Shown here: positions 1 through 12,799 of the stretch, one piece after another | How positions within the stretch are numbered: the first letter of the stretch is position 1 | How the letters are laid out: each line of letters starts with the position of its first letter | NCBI RefSeq assembly: GCF_001194135.2 | Contig: NC_068981.1 | Location: forward strand, 65,714,941-65,778,940 | Length of the DNA stretch: 64,000 nt | DNA from: Octopus bimaculoides | Taxonomy: Eukaryota | Direction of reading: 5' to 3' | Translations under genes and position numbers: made by a program | The notes under the pieces: model-generated | What the model saw: only the letters and a program-made list of their open reading frames with translations | Database searches by the model: none | Told to the model about the DNA's origin: nothing

Positions 1-265
1 CACAAGAACCAGTCCAGGGGCACTGGCAACGATCTTACTTGGCTTGCCGGGTCTTCTCACGCACAGCCCATTTCCAAAGGTCTCGGTCCGTAGTCATCGC
101 CTCGGTGAGGCCCAATGTACGAAGGTCTTGCCTCACCACCTCAGCCCAGGTCTTCCTGGGCCTACCTCTTCCACGGGTTCCCTCAACTGTTAGGGTGTGG
201 CACTTTTTCACGCAGCTATCCTCCTCCATTCTCACCACATGTCCATGCAGTTGGTTTTGCCTCTT
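1..265 (-). mobile_element. RTE-clade LINE 3' end fragment
   Basis: GHVVRMEEDSCVKKC...GRGRPRKTWAEVVRQDL...TTDRDLWK, a typical RTE ORF C-terminus. The same family occurs at 27800-27980 and 54450-54670. Confidence 0.85.
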
Positions 266-361
266 CTTTCCTTTTGAGGTATACAAATAAATGAATGAGT
301 ACCAATACAACAAAAAGACTATACTAATAACGTTTTAGCTAATAACATTCTACATTATATT

Positions 362-486
362 AGGCACAGGCATAGCTGTGTGGTAAGAAGCTTGCTTTCC
401 ATCCAAAAGGTTCCAGGTTCAGTCCCACTGCATGGCACCTTGGCCTCAGGCTGACCAAAGCCTTGTAAGTGGACTTGGTAGATGTA
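362..486 (+). mobile_element. tRNA-derived SINE 5' fragment (octopus OK-like family)
   Basis: GGCATAGCTGTGTGGTAAGAAGCTTGC...GGTTCAGTCCCACTG head, repeated at about 7500, 16570 and 31265. Confidence 0.7.
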
Positions 487-533
487 AAAGATGAAAAAAT
501 AGAAGATTACTCTCAATTTCAAAATTTCCTCAC

Positions 534-767
534 CTGCTTTTTATTATAATCTTTCATTGCATTTTCATAGCCTTCTTCTAGACGACCAAAAGCCATATTA
601 ACATCAGTTGTCCACCAAATTTGTGTTCCACACAAAGCAACTTGAGCACAATAATCAAATAGCCACAAGTCACGAGCTTTCTCTTCATATCCTACCACAG
701 CTTCTGTCATCTGATATCGAATGGTGCTTCTCATAGTGTCTAAGACACTGTTCAACCAGACTTCTAC
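534..767 (-). CDS. DNAH9: Dynein beta HC exon 25
   Basis: taacag|GTA; [17 protein letters not shown]...[19 protein letters not shown]...KDYNKKQ; CAG|GTGAGG; 234 nt. Confidence 0.95.
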
Positions 768-2084
768 CTGTTAAACAAGAAGAAAGAAAAGTTCAATATT
801 CAATCAGATTTTATTTAAATTAGTTAACAAATCTCAACTGAAGTGTTTTTTTTTCAACAGGAAAAAAAAAATCTGTTTCCAAGATTGATATGTTGTTAAA
901 AGTAAATAATAGGCTGCACTGCCAGGAATAATGCTAGTATTATTTAGCAATGGCTTTAATCTGAATAAAGTAGGTAAGATAGCTAGCAGAGTTGTTTGTT
1001 TATGATATCTTGTGTGTTTTCTATTATATAGCTCTGAGCCAACTCATGACTTGTGAGTGAATTTGGTAGATAAAAACAACAGGAATACATGTGCATCTGT
1101 GTGTGTGTGTGTTTACTATCAAAGTACCTGAAGTTTAATGGAAAGTATACAAATCAAAATGAAGTGTAGAAAACAGAAACAGAAAAATTGAGACTAATAG
1201 TTGAAAAGACTAACTATTTGGGCTATAATTCAACATCATCATCATCAATATCATTGCTTAAGATCTTGCTTTTTTTCTCTTTCTTTTTTTATATTCGTTT
1301 ATGATTTAGTCTGAGACTAATGGAATAAAAAAATTACATTTAGACCAGATCTCAGGTCTGAATCTTGCTAGGGAGTGAACTTAAGTAAAGGCTCCTTAAG
1401 GCCTGGAGGTGGATTAAGTTTACAGCCAAAATCAGGAAGGGTTCTTCAGAAGGGCTTACTCATATGTTCTGTCAACCAAATTTCAACAAGACTTTGGTTG
1501 ATCTAAGGATCAGACTAAATCATGAGGATATGTAAAAGTTGCCAATTGCATAGCATGGCTTTTGACCACCCTATGCTGTAGCCAAACTGGCTGTTTTCTT
1601 CCTTAAATATGACATACCTTCAGCATGTATTATTTACCCTACTCCCCTCTACCAGTGGCTGCCTTGTGCATTCATCACACTAATCAACTGGAAGACACTT
1701 GAACAAAGTGCTGTGCAGTGGAATTCAACTGAAAACCAATTAATCTTATGGATAAAATCCCTTTAATCATATGATTTTTCTATTTTTGGCTATTCCACTT
1801 GATTCAATGTCATCTCATATGTGACATCCAATATTCTGAGATCTGGCCTCATTATAAATTTCACATCTTCTTTGATTTTCGTCTGCCATAAATACCTTCC
1901 ATTGTCAGCCCACATTTTTTTGACCAAGTAGATGTTAACTATACCTGTTTAGCTGGATCTCTTATATATATTGTATGAATACTTTAAATACTCAGTTACT
2001 TTTTACAGTTCATTTGTAATTAATATTTCATACTAGAATATGATAGATAAGTTCAAAAAAGGATGAAGGGTACTTCTTGAACCA

Positions 2085-2310
2085 TAAGTTCATAAGGTCA
2101 GTTTCCTGGATTCTGCGATATATGTACTCCCCCTTGCATGGGATGCAAGGTGGTTGGTACTGGATTACTCATTTTTGCCAGCTGTGTGACCTGAGCAATG
2201 TGAAATAAGGTGTTTTGCTCAAGAACACAATGCATCACCAGGTCTAAGAATTGAAACCATAATCTTACAATCATAAGTACAACACCCTAACCACTAAGCC
2301 ATACACTTTA
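2085..2310 (-). mobile_element. tRNA-derived SINE (OR1-like family)
   Basis: Reverse complement reads GGCTTAGTGGTTAGGGTGTTG...CTTGAGCAAAACACC...GCTGGCAAAAATGAGT; similar copies at 8600, 26440, 28640 and 42700. Confidence 0.7.
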
Positions 2311-2475
2311 ACAATAGATAAGTTAATAACTGACAATTTAATCTTTGTCCAGTCCTTTAAACTTTATACTGATGCAGCACAGTGAACCTCCAAATTGAAT
2401 AAAAATGCATAAATATTAAATCTAAAAAAAAAGAAAAGAATCACACACACAACTGGTCTAATAATCCTACATTAC

Positions 2476-2628
2476 CTGTCCAGAGCAGTCGCATTTATGG
2501 TCAAGAGCCACATATTCTCCATCTTTGCTGTACATTCCTGTAGCTATTTTAGTGTCATTTCCATCAGAATCTTTCTCAAATTCAAGTTTGGCCAAACTAT
2601 CAAACAGTTTGGTAAGATGAGTACAAAC
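2476..2628 (-). CDS. DNAH9: Dynein beta HC exon 24 (not in the ORF track)
   Basis: atatag|GTT; VCTHLTKLFDSLAKLEF...GMYSKDGEYVALDHKCDCSGQ; CAG|GTAATG; 153 nt. Confidence 0.94.
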
Positions 2629-2998
2629 CTATATAAATTACAGAGAAATATGTAAGGTAAAATGTCTTTAAAATAATGTTTCAGAGATGGTATAATATAA
2701 AGTATGGTTAAATGTATAATTTAATTTTGACATAGTCATAATGCCATACATTCAGAGGGAAGTGGATGTATAGCCAATTAAATCAGTCAAGTACTAGGGT
2801 TGATGTAATTAACTATCAAATTTCAGGCCTTGTGCCTGTACTAGAAAGGGTTTCAGTGAATTTCTTTCATTTTTACTTCTTCCTTTTCCATTAATTTTTT
2901 AAAAATTATTTTTTGTAATGATCATGGAGCACTGTCTTCTTCTATTGTGATAACTAATTTAAAAAACTAAAAATGTGTAGAATCCAAGGTGTACGTAC

Positions 2999-3217
2999 GG
3001 CTGTTGGGTTGTTTCCATTAGACAAAATGTCTAATAGATCAACAGGAGAGACAAAATAGAAGCGAGGAAAAGCCAATCTCTTTGTTTCTAAGTATTCTGC
3101 CAAAGCCTTCTCACACTTCACCAGTTCTGACTGGATTTTCTCCAAGCGTTCATATAAATTGGGACAACTTGTTGCTTGAATTACATTCTTTGTGACTTCA
3201 ACTTCAGAAACAATTTG
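2999..3217 (-). CDS. DNAH9: Dynein beta HC exon 23
   Basis: atttag|CAA; [12 protein letters not shown]...[39 protein letters not shown]; GCC|GTACGT; 219 nt. Confidence 0.93.
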
Positions 3218-3490
3218 CTAAATAATAAAAAGATATAAAACAAGAAAACCAATTTAACAAGGGCTAAATAGTAACAGGCAAGATTTGAACAAGGAACCTT
3301 TATTTAATAACCATGGGTAAAGCCACAGATCCATATTCTCTTCTTCAAAAGGTCTTTTGGCCATGCAGCTCTCATAGAAGTAATTGATTATATCATGCTT
3401 TTGAAACCTAGTGTCCAGCTCATACAGATAGAAAAGCTTTCACATGAAGATTTCAAATAAGAAAAGATAAAGTAAATATAGCGTTTATAC

Positions 3491-3715
3491 CTTAAAATCA
3501 GAATCGATGTTATCAAATCTCTCAGAGTCTTTTGGCAGTTGTTTTCTAATATCTTCTGACCCAATGAAGATACTTTCAAGATGAGACCAAGTGCGTTGCA
3601 CTTCCATCCAAATACTGATCACCTGGTCAGCAGTAGACAATTTCATTTGCCAAGAAGTGACCTCACTTCGGAAGTAATCAATGAATTTTGATGTTAACAT
3701 ATTCTGCAACTGAAC
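3491..3715 (-). CDS. DNAH9: Dynein beta HC exon 22
   Basis: ttacag|GTT; [11 protein letters not shown]...[26 protein letters not shown]...DFK; AAG|GTATAA; 225 nt. Confidence 0.95.
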
Positions 3716-3834
3716 CTGTAAATTTCAATGCAATGATAAATTGATAAAACAATTAATTAAGTAGCAATGATTAAAATAAGATGTGTACATTCATATTTAA
3801 CATATTCATATCATTCATAATAGTTGTTTCTAGT

Positions 3835-4005
3835 TTAGGCCCAAGTCAAGCAGTTTTGAGGAGAAAGGGTCACTAGATGACAGTGACCCCAGTACTAGAC
3901 TGGTACTGTATCTTATCATCCCTGGACAGATGAAAGACAAAGCTGGCTGTAGCAGGATTTAAACTCAGAATGTAAAGAGCCAGAAGAAATACTGCAAGGC
4001 ATTCC
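3835..4005 (-). mobile_element. SINE of the GCCTTTCATCC...AGTACCAG family
   Basis: Shares its core with copies at 6480-6650, 17390-17570, 24620-24835 and 25745-25985. Confidence 0.65.
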
Positions 4006-4029
4006 TATATGGATTAAGTGCATGCAGAT

Positions 4030-4560
4030 GAAGATGATCAGTGTAGTGTGTGGGTCTGGTTTGACCCAGAAGGTTTTCCGTAAGACATTTGGAAGAGATT
4101 ATAACATGTAGGTGTAAGCTCCATTAAGTCTTGTCTCTAGGTGTTTAGTGAATGTCCATGTAGCAGATCCATACAATAGAACTGATTGGAAGGAGCTTCT
4201 GTTAAGAGAACTTCCAGAAGATACTGAGGCTATCAAGAGTAACCCATGCTTTTACAAGACAAATTTTTATATCATTTTCTGTGGATGTGACGTTGCTTCT
4301 TAATTATACAAAGGAATTAATATATTCCAGAAGGTTTTACTTGATCATGCTTACTGAGCCCTCCTGATTGGAGCAGACGTCTTCATAGAAGCACTAATAT
4401 ACAGACCATTATCTTGTGTTACTTTTACGAGGTCATGTAGAAGGGAAGTAACTATGGCATGTTCTCTGTGAAGAGAACACGATCATCTGCATAATCTACG
4501 CCCGTTACTTATTATTATGCCTGAGTGACAGCCTTAATTTTGTTGGCAGTTGACTTGGTC
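4030..4560 (-). mobile_element. Degraded RTE LINE reverse-transcriptase fragment
   Basis: Minus strand reads VDYADDRVLF and KAWVTLDSLSIFWK with stops and frameshifts. Confidence 0.65.
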
Positions 4561-4743
4561 TTTCGTCCTTCTGAGGGTTGATAGCATGGCATAAATATTG
4601 GTCAAATACTTGGATTGGTTGAATGAATTGCACTCTAATTCTCAATTTGAGAGAGGTGAGAAGTACACATCATTTTAAACAAAATCAATAAAAATTAAAA
4701 CAACAGAATCGAAATTATTCTAAGTACTTAAAAAAAAACTTAC

Positions 4744-4989
4744 TTGATTTTCTTCTAAAGTTTCAATTAGTTCTTCACTGGCACGCAGTAGTGTAGTATT
4801 AGTAGAAGCATGTTTGTCATGGTCAAATTCCATAGCACCCCAAGTTTCATCCAGGTCTCCTAAAACTTTCTCCATGCTCATTTCCTTCACTGCTTTGTCC
4901 ACAATGGTTTTAGCTTCTTCCTCATAATTGTGTAAGTTCAACAGTAAAAGGTCAGCTAAAGTGCAAGTATCATCCATTACAAAACGTAC
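4744..4989 (-). CDS. DNAH9: Dynein beta HC exon 21
   Basis: taccag|GTA; VRFVMDDTCTLADLLLLNLH...KAVKEMSMEKVL...LIETLEENQ; CAA|GTAAGT; 246 nt. Confidence 0.94.
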
Positions 4990-5481
4990 CTGGTAAAAGA
5001 ATTGAGAGTTAAGACAATAAGTTAAAAGGTAGAAGTACTTCAATCTCATACCAGTTTCAGTGATAAGTATTTTAGTAGTTCATTATGTTAATTGAGTTTT
5101 CCACATGCACTTCTGTGGGCAGCCCTTGAATTTGCTGCCTCTGCTTCCTATATAGGCTTATATAGCACACTCAAAAGTGCTGTTCACATAAAAATACCAC
5201 CGAGGCAGACCACCCCATTAATCTCCATCTATCTATACTACTGGTACACTTACATCTTTAAAGAAATCTTCAGAATAAGTATAACACTATGTATCTTTCA
5301 ATTACAGATAAAAAATGGTTGAGAACTCCCAACATAATCCATCAATAATGTTGTTCATTCAATAAGGAAGCTTCGGTGCGATTGCTCAACTAGCAAGAAA
5401 TTACTTCCCAATTACTCTCACATCACACCTTACTGTCTTCAAAAAGAAAGGACACATTGGATAATGTAGTACTAGATGCAC

Positions 5482-5546
5482 TGCACTTAAACACACACAC
5501 ACACACACACACATACTTTCTCTCACGCAGGTACGCACGCACACAT

Positions 5547-5619
<73 letters not shown>

Positions 5620-5621
5620 CG
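5482..5621. repeat. (CA)n microsatellite
   Basis: Directly visible. Confidence 0.95.
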
Positions 5622-5968
5622 AACGGGAATATATGGAAGATCTGCTTATTTGTGGATATGTTTGTAAGCCATGAGGAGATATGAGTACTGATATTTTGAA
5701 TAAAGCCTTTCTCCAGTGTGAAAAGGATTAATTTTTTCATTGCAAAGGAGCTTGCTCAAAATGTCAGTAAATATCACTGGGAAAAAAGGTGACAATCCCA
5801 AATTAATGATCTTAGTTAACTGGTTGTGGAGGAGGTCATGGTTGCATTGGTGTGGTAGTTTAGAAGAAGAAGGGGAGGAGGAGGAAGAGAAGAAGAATTA
5901 GAAGAAGAAGAAGAAAAAGAAGCAGTAGCAGTAGTAGTTATTGTTGATTAAACAAAACAAGTCCTTAC

Positions 5969-6370
5969 ATTTGTGGCCTGCATCAGTTGCTGCCAGTGGC
6001 GATCGCGTATGGCTTTGTTCTGCAGTTCTCCGACAGCACGAAGAGACGTGAGCATGTTTTTAACTGTGCTTTCTGCTCCGCTATAAACATCCCATGCTCG
6101 CATCTCTTTATCTAGCTGGCGGATGTCTTTGGAAAACAGTTTGCAGTCAATGTCCATTTGGTCAACATCAATGTCCAACCATAGCGTCGTCTTCCAGTTG
6201 TCGATGCTGCTTTGAATTACTGTTATATAGTCCCAGAGGTGCTTCAGCAAACATAACTCTTTGCGGCATTGTTTCAACTGCTTGAAATCAGGGATGCTAA
6301 CTTCAAACAGGCTGGCTGATGCTTGCAGGTTAGTCATCTCCATCTCCATTTTGTGAATCTCTTCATGATA
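5969..6370 (-). CDS. DNAH9: Dynein beta HC exon 20
   Basis: ttaaaaag|TAT; YHEEIHKMEME...KNMLTSLRAVGELQNKAIRDRHWQQLMQATN; AAT|GTAAGG; 402 nt. The acceptor is purine-rich, so the 5' edge is slightly less sure. Confidence 0.9.
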
Positions 6371-7499
6371 CTTTTTAATGACAAGTTTGAAAAAAGAAAA
6401 AAAAACAAGAAAACTAATAATAAGATTATTAATGATTTTTAATGTAAGTACAAGAACACAATTTTGGATGGTTGGGGTGGGATTAAAACAAGTAAGTCAA
6501 CCATAGTACTTGACTGGTACTTTATTTTATCAATCCTAGAAGGATGAAAAGCAAAACTGATCTTGACAGGATTTGAACTCAGAATGTTAAGTGTCAGATT
6601 AAATACCACAAGGCATTCTGTTTGTTGCTCTAACAATTCAGCCAGTCAATACAAATAGTGGTGCTTTCTTTGCATGTCACTGGGACCCAACCATGCATAC
6701 AAAGAGACATAAAGATAGGAATTACAAGTGGGGATGGATAGAAACAATGTTACATAAAAACAGAAAGTATAAAGTCATATAATATACATAGGGACATGTT
6801 GAAAATTTGATGTAACCGAAACACATCAATTAAACAGATTATTAAGTAAAAATACACACTAATAAAAAAAAATATGTAACTTTAAAAAGATGATGAACAG
6901 ATAGAGTAATCCATCTACATGTGGGTAAGAACCTACCAGCTAGATTAGGTCAAAGTGCCCCATCACTCAGCCTGCTTCGCACTCATACTAGAACCTGGTG
7001 CACCCAATGGCATTTATAAGCACTGTTTTGCATTAGCTATGGTAAAAGACATCTATGTCGAATGAGTATTATTGTTTTATATTGAGATAGATCCTTGATA
7101 TGATCTTCACCAATGTCCTGTCTTTTGCCTCTCTAAGAAACCAATGTCTTGACTGTAAGACTATTATGGCATTTCAGTGGGTCTTTGAAAGATTGCTTGA
7201 TATGGTCACATATCCCACAACAACTCCCGGTCTAAAACTATTCTTCAGGACATAGTTGAAGGAGAGTGAAAGAGGAGCAGATAGAAAATCCTGGTCTGAC
7301 AACATTAAGGACTGGACAGGTCTCAACAAAGCAACCCTGTAACGCATAACAGAACAGAGACCAATGGCAATGACTGACTGCAAAAGCATCTAACGTGGCA
7401 CCCCAACGACTGGCTGCACCAGTGAAGGGAATTTGATGATGATGATGATAACGAGTAAATCACTCTAAAATCTTCTTTATTCGTCGTCGTCATTGTCGT

Positions 7500-7651
7500 C
7501 TGCTTCCCAACCACATAGTTTCAGGTTTGATCACTTTGTGCAAGCATCTTCAACTCTAGACCCAGGCCAACCTAAGTCTTATGACTAGATTTGGTAAATG
7601 GAAACTGAAAGAAGCTCACTGTGTATGTGTGTGTAAAAGAGAGAGAGAGAG

Positions 7652-7699
<48 letters not shown>

Positions 7700-7920
7700 C
7701 ATGTGTATCCTTGTCTTGACATCATGTGGTTGTTGTCAATGAATGTCATTCATTTCCAATATTCTGCAAAAACACATCTGACTATGAAGAAGTATTATCT
7801 TGCTTGGAAATAGGTAAATGTTGGCAATAGGAAGAGCATCTGACTGTAGAAAATTTTCCTCAATAGATTCATCCAACCCATACAGATGGAAAAATGGACA
7901 TTAAAATAACAATGATGCCT
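7500..7920 (+). mobile_element. OK-like SINE with internal (GA)n(GT)n microsatellite
   Basis: CTTCCCAACCACATAGTTTCAGGTTTGA head, GATTTGGTAAATGGAAACTGAAAGAAG, then microsatellite and tail. Confidence 0.65.
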
Positions 7921-8064
7921 TATAGTATTTAGTCACATTCCTACTTTATGTTTGTACTGTGGTCAATTTTGTCCCTTCTAGTAGTGGAGTCAATATAATC
8001 AATTATACTCTGTCCCAACCAAATTTCTGTATGATATCATTAGTATTATTAAGTAATACCTCAC

Positions 8065-8268
8065 CTTGTCTAAATGTTCATATGCATTCTGACAAGTGTA
8101 GAAAAATGGAGATATCTGATGAAAAGCTTCACGGAATTTGTGTTGTTTTACATCAAATGCTGCTGTTTTTCTGCGTATATTGTTAACTTCAGCTGCTTGA
8201 AGTGGTGCCACCTGTTGTTTGACTGTGATTGCTATTTTCTTTGTATTATTCCATCTTTCAGGTAATTC
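8065..8268 (-). CDS. DNAH9: Dynein beta HC exon 19
   Basis: aaacag|GAA; ELPERWNNTKKIAITVKQQVAPLQA...HLDK; AAG|GTGAGG; 204 nt. Confidence 0.94.
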
Positions 8269-8599
8269 CTGTTTAGCAAACAAAATTAAAATAAATAAAG
8301 ACAGAAAAAATTATCAATAAAAACAACAAAGAGAAGTTTGAGTCAATGAAAGAGCTTCTACATGGTTATTCAACCTGCTAGAAATAGTAGTGAAATCTGC
8401 TTCAAATAATAGTCTGTAATCTTAAAGAAATTGACACACTGGGTAATGTAGTCTCAGTTTACCTGAAAGAAAATGGGACAGTCATTACCAAACTGCATGT
8501 GAGATCATAAATCTACTTGATCAGGGCCAGAGCCAACTTGGGATTAAACAACAAAGATGAGCTAACAGCAACAATGTTATTATGACTTATGATGGTAGT

Positions 8600-8890
8600 T
8601 TCTTGTAGTCCAAGAAAGATGGTTCTGCAATTTCTTGCCAAACAACCAGCGCAAATGATTGGTTTATAGTGATCAAATGTATGTGCTGCATATTAGCTCA
8701 ATCCCTCCATCAAATTGATGTTGACTGAATCATATCGCAGTGTACCATATCTCAGGTGTGGAAATGACCATAGCGCAATGTGAGATGAAGTGTTTTGCTC
8801 AAAAACAATGCACTAGCTAGTCCAGGAATTGAAACCATGATCTCACAATTGTTAGTTCAACACTCTAACCACTAGGTCATGCACCTTCAT
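8600..8890 (-). mobile_element. OR1-like SINE
   Basis: Reverse complement has the GGTGCATGACCTAGTGGTTAGAGTG head and TTGAGCAAAACACTTCATCTCACATTGC. Confidence 0.65.
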
Positions 8891-9055
8891 TACGGCTTAT
8901 AGCAGCGTACTGGAGGCCCAGTAATGCAGAAATGAGAGTCATAGCTAAGGGCATAATATAACACTGGTGACAGGATATGAAACACTTTATCATTGGCTGG
9001 TGGTCCAGTCATAATCATGTTGGTCATCCCCATTTTCTTCCAAGTAATTACTCAC

Positions 9056-9278
9056 CTCTAACTGAATGTGAACCTCCTCTGGCATTTCTTGGTTATATAT
9101 CTTCAGTAACTCAATTGTTTGCTTCAGAGGTTCAAACATCTCATCTGTAGCAGCTAACCTTTCACGCACAGCACCAAGGTTCCCCATGATAGTTACAAGT
9201 CCATTGTAATCACCTTCTTCAACAGTCTTGGTCAGTCCTTCATTAGCTGATTTGATGAATTCAGACAAGTCTGCCAAA
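9056..9278 (-). CDS. DNAH9: Dynein beta HC exon 18
   Basis: cctcag|T; LADLSEFIK...[17 protein letters not shown]...HIQLE; GAG|GTGAGT; 223 nt. Confidence 0.94.
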
Positions 9279-9959
9279 CTGAGGACGAAATGAAAATATT
9301 AAGGTGAAAAAAATGTCCTACTACATGCTTTTCATAAGAAAGAAATATCTAGTAGAGTGAGAGAAAATTCAAATCCACTTTGAAGTAAAAATATAATTTT
9401 CATGAATTTGTTTCTATTAATTCTTTTTAGTCAAATAAGAAATAGTCATGGAGAAGTTAAGTTACTGGAACTACTGTTCGTATGGTTATAGGCTCAAACA
9501 TTACTACTACAGTCAAACTCTAAGCAAAGCACAATAACCTGAATGCTTTGCCAACAGTGAAAGAAGAGAGAAAAAACGACAGAAGGTGAGAAAGGCGGGA
9601 GCACAAAGAGAGAGAGAAATGGAAGATAATAGCTGTAATAGTTGGTAACTATTGAGGTTATTGAGGTAATTGTGATCCATTGGATGTTAAACATTGGATG
9701 TTAAAGAGTTCAAGGGAGATGAGAGAGTGGTTAAACATGAAAAACAACTAATGTATAAAGAATATATGACTGTACTGATATGAATATATGATGTAAATGG
9801 ACAAAGAATGTTGGGTTGAAAAGTGTTTGTTCTCTCAGTGGAAAATGTCTTTGTTGAAGAGTGTCAATACTGGATCTCACTGATAACATGATGGTACAGT
9901 CATAGCTGAAATGCTTTTGAACATAGGACTATGCTGTTGTTGTTTCGCATTAACACTCA

Positions 9960-10440
9960 CATCTTATCCACCATTTCTCCTACTGACATCGTTTGATGTC
10001 TGGCATCTGCTGCAGATGCACTGAAATATGATTGGGTCACAAAAATATGATTTGGTCACAAAAACCAGCTTCACCATCTGCTCCATCACTGCACTGGTAA
10101 ACCCTGCTAATCCCACCAACCTCCTGATCTTGCTCACATAATCATTGACCAGCTTGCCTGTCCATCTTATTCTCCTGATCTTGCTGTAGGCTTTAAACAC
10201 CACTCCCATGTATGCTCTTCAATTTTCTCCACTTTCACCTGATCCACTTTCTTCGTTTCTTTGTAGAGATTTAGCACACTACCTTCTAAGTGCAGCAGCA
10301 TAAGACTAGCCACATCTTCAATACCCTGCAGCTTCACCAGAAGTCTCACATTTTGTATTCAGGCCACCACATCACCTTCCCCAGCAAACAGTCTCAATAC
10401 GTTGCTGCTGATTCTGATTTTTGTGGCCATCATGCATGCT
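9960..10440 (-). mobile_element. Gypsy/Ty3 LTR retrotransposon gag remnant (frameshifted)
   Basis: RLLVKLQGIEDVASLMLLHLEG and RWTGKLVNDYVSKIRRLVGLAGF...VKLVFV resemble a gag family common in marine invertebrates; the frames are broken. Confidence 0.6.
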
Positions 10441-11518
10441 GGCTGTCAGAAAGGCAAGAGCACAAAAACAAGGAGAAAAATATTTGAAAAAAAATTAACT
10501 CGGACATATATCTTCACAACTGTTAATGATGTGCTGAAATAGCTTGTTTGTTGTAAGGCACAAATAATAAAGGTTGTTCTTACCACACGTTGCAATTGGT
10601 GACAATCCCTCCAAGAGTCATGGGGAACCAGCAAGACCTCACCGTTGTATCCATACATGAGCTCTACCTAGCCTCTGGCCAGAAAGTACTACTACCCTAC
10701 CATTGCTCCCAACACACACCCATTGCTCACCAGAGACCCATAAGAAAGACGCTGTTTTGAACCTGCTGCTTTGTGATGTGATGTCATTTCCTCTCCACTC
10801 CGATCCCTTAATGACATCACTTCCTCTTTCTTCTGGTCACTCATCCCTCAGAGCAATTAGAACTGACTCGGGATTAAGCAACAACAATAAGAACTAGATC
10901 CCTTTCAGGTAATTAAGGAGCTTCTATGTAGTCCCTCAATCTGTTGGAAATGTTGTTAACCAAATCCCCCTTAAATCACTGTATGATTTACAAAAAAGGA
11001 ACACATTTGACAAAGTAGTCCAAGATACACTGTCTGAAGAAAAGATGGGATGGTCCTGATGGAAATGTTGGTGACAGGTCTGCTGATTCAAGGGATGATC
11101 TGGAGTTAAACAACAACAACAACAGCAACATAACACATCACGTTACAATACAGTGTAGCACACTATAAACATTGAATCCATGAAAAAGAGACAGGATTGT
11201 CACTGCTAGAATACCTTTGAACCTAGATTTTCTGGGTCACATCCAACCTGGGCCTAAAGAATAACGTCTCTCTCTCTCTCTCACACATACACACAAAGGA
11301 TAAAAATTATAGAAATTACTAACTCTTCCATAAGATTTACAGCACATGTAGAAGACATACTTAAAGAAAGATAAAAGATGCACAAACATAGAGCATTAAA
11401 CACACAAAGCTCAAAAGATGTACAAACACAACATAGACACTTAAAGCTCACAGAGGCCCAGACACTAACCACAATAACAGCAACAACCATTATTAATAAA
11501 ATGATCTGATATATTTAC

Positions 11519-11688
11519 CTATTAGTCACATGATCAATTAAGTGTTGTTTAAACATGTAGCTCCATCTCTTAATAATGTTTAACAAAGCTTGTTTGAATG
11601 GACTGGCATCAACACGAAACCATGATTCAAAAACTGAAGTTTTCTGAATTGTTTCTGCCACATCATAGATCTTCTCATAGGTATCAAT
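11519..11688 (-). CDS. DNAH9: Dynein beta HC exon 17
   Basis: aaacag|ATT; IDTYEKIY...WFRVDASPFKQALLNIIKRWSYMFKQHLIDHVTN; AG|GTAAAT; 170 nt, phase 2. Confidence 0.94.
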
Positions 11689-11823
11689 CTGTTTGGAAAT
11701 GATTGAAAGATGAAAATAAGTCATAACAAAGATTACATTTTTATTTTTCAATTTTCTTTTTAAAAAAATTCATCTTCTCGAAATTTCCATTTTAGTTTAT
11801 TTGTATTATATTATTATAATAGA

Positions 11824-12213
11824 GTGGAGGCGCAATGGCCCAGTGGTTAGGGCAGCGGACTCGCGGTCATAGGATCGCGGTTTCGATTTCCAGACCGGGC
11901 GTTGTGAGTGTTTATTGAGAGCGAAAACACCTAAAGCTCCACGAGGCTCCGGCAGGGGATGGTGGTGAACCCTGCTGTACTCTTTCACTACAACTTTCTT
12001 TCATTCTTACTTCCTGTTTCTGTTGTGCTTGTAATTCAAAGGGTCAGCCTTGTCACACTGTGTCACGCTGAATCTCCCCGAGAACTACGTTAAGAGTACA
12101 CGTGTCTGTGGAGTGCTCAGCCACTTGCACGTTAATTTCATGGGCATACTGTTCCGTTGATCGGATCAACTGGAACCCTCGACATCGTAAGCGACGGAGT
12201 GCCAACAACAACA
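11824..12213 (+). mobile_element. Full-length young tRNA-derived SINE (OR2-like)
   Basis: A box TGGCCCAGTGG, B-box-like GGTTTCGATTTC, (CAA)n tail; nearly identical to 58311-58703. Confidence 0.9.
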
Positions 12214-12339
12214 AAATTTCCTTTCAAGATTTGTTCCACACATAGAAAATGCTGCAAGACATTTTGCCCACTGGTCTACAGATTCTGACAAGTTGCAACC
12301 CTACTAAGTACTTATCAGATATTTATATCAAAACAAAGT

Positions 12340-12530
12340 GTAAAAAAGCACTCAGCACACTCTGTTAAGTGGTCGGCATTAGGAAGGGCATCCAGCTGTA
12401 GAAACCATGCCACAACAGACAGTTGGAATCTGGACAGCTCCCTGCTAGCCAGCTCCATGTCAAACCATCCAATCCATATCAGCATGGACAGCAGACATTA
12501 AACGATGATGATGATAATGATGATGATGAT
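12340..12530 (+). mobile_element. RTE-type 3' tail ending in (GAT)n
   Basis: TTAGGAAGGGCATCCAGCTGTAGAAAC...AGCATGG...TTAAACGATGATGAT; related copies at 13950, 15898, 29790 and 55590. Confidence 0.75.
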
Positions 12531-12544
12531 GATTTTCTCTTTAC

Positions 12545-12799
12545 CTGTTCTTTAAACTGCTCTAATGTTGGAGGGCATTCAGGCACTCCATCTTCAGCAT
12601 GCGCCTCTATCTCTTCTGTGGTCAAGACATGATTATATAGAAGAAACTGACGCATAAATTCATTTCGGTCATCAACCCATAGATATGCGTATGTGTCAAA
12701 GGAATTGCGATATTCACATGCTTTGTTCATGACATTTTGTACACGTTCCATTAATTCATTTCGTTTATCATTGAGTTCATCCATTTCTTCTAAATCAGG
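12545..12799 (-). CDS. DNAH9: Dynein beta HC exon 16
   Basis: ttgtag|CCT; PDLEEMDEL...EFMRQFLLYNHVLTTEEIEAHAEDGVPECPPTLEQFKEQ; CAG|GTAAAG; 255 nt. Confidence 0.95.

Noticed and set aside
5401-5740. CV/HT/YI-rich ORFs (also at 14.2, 27.5, 31.4, 34.5 and 39.0 kb)
   Set aside because: Translations of (CA)n, (TA)n and (GATA)n microsatellites
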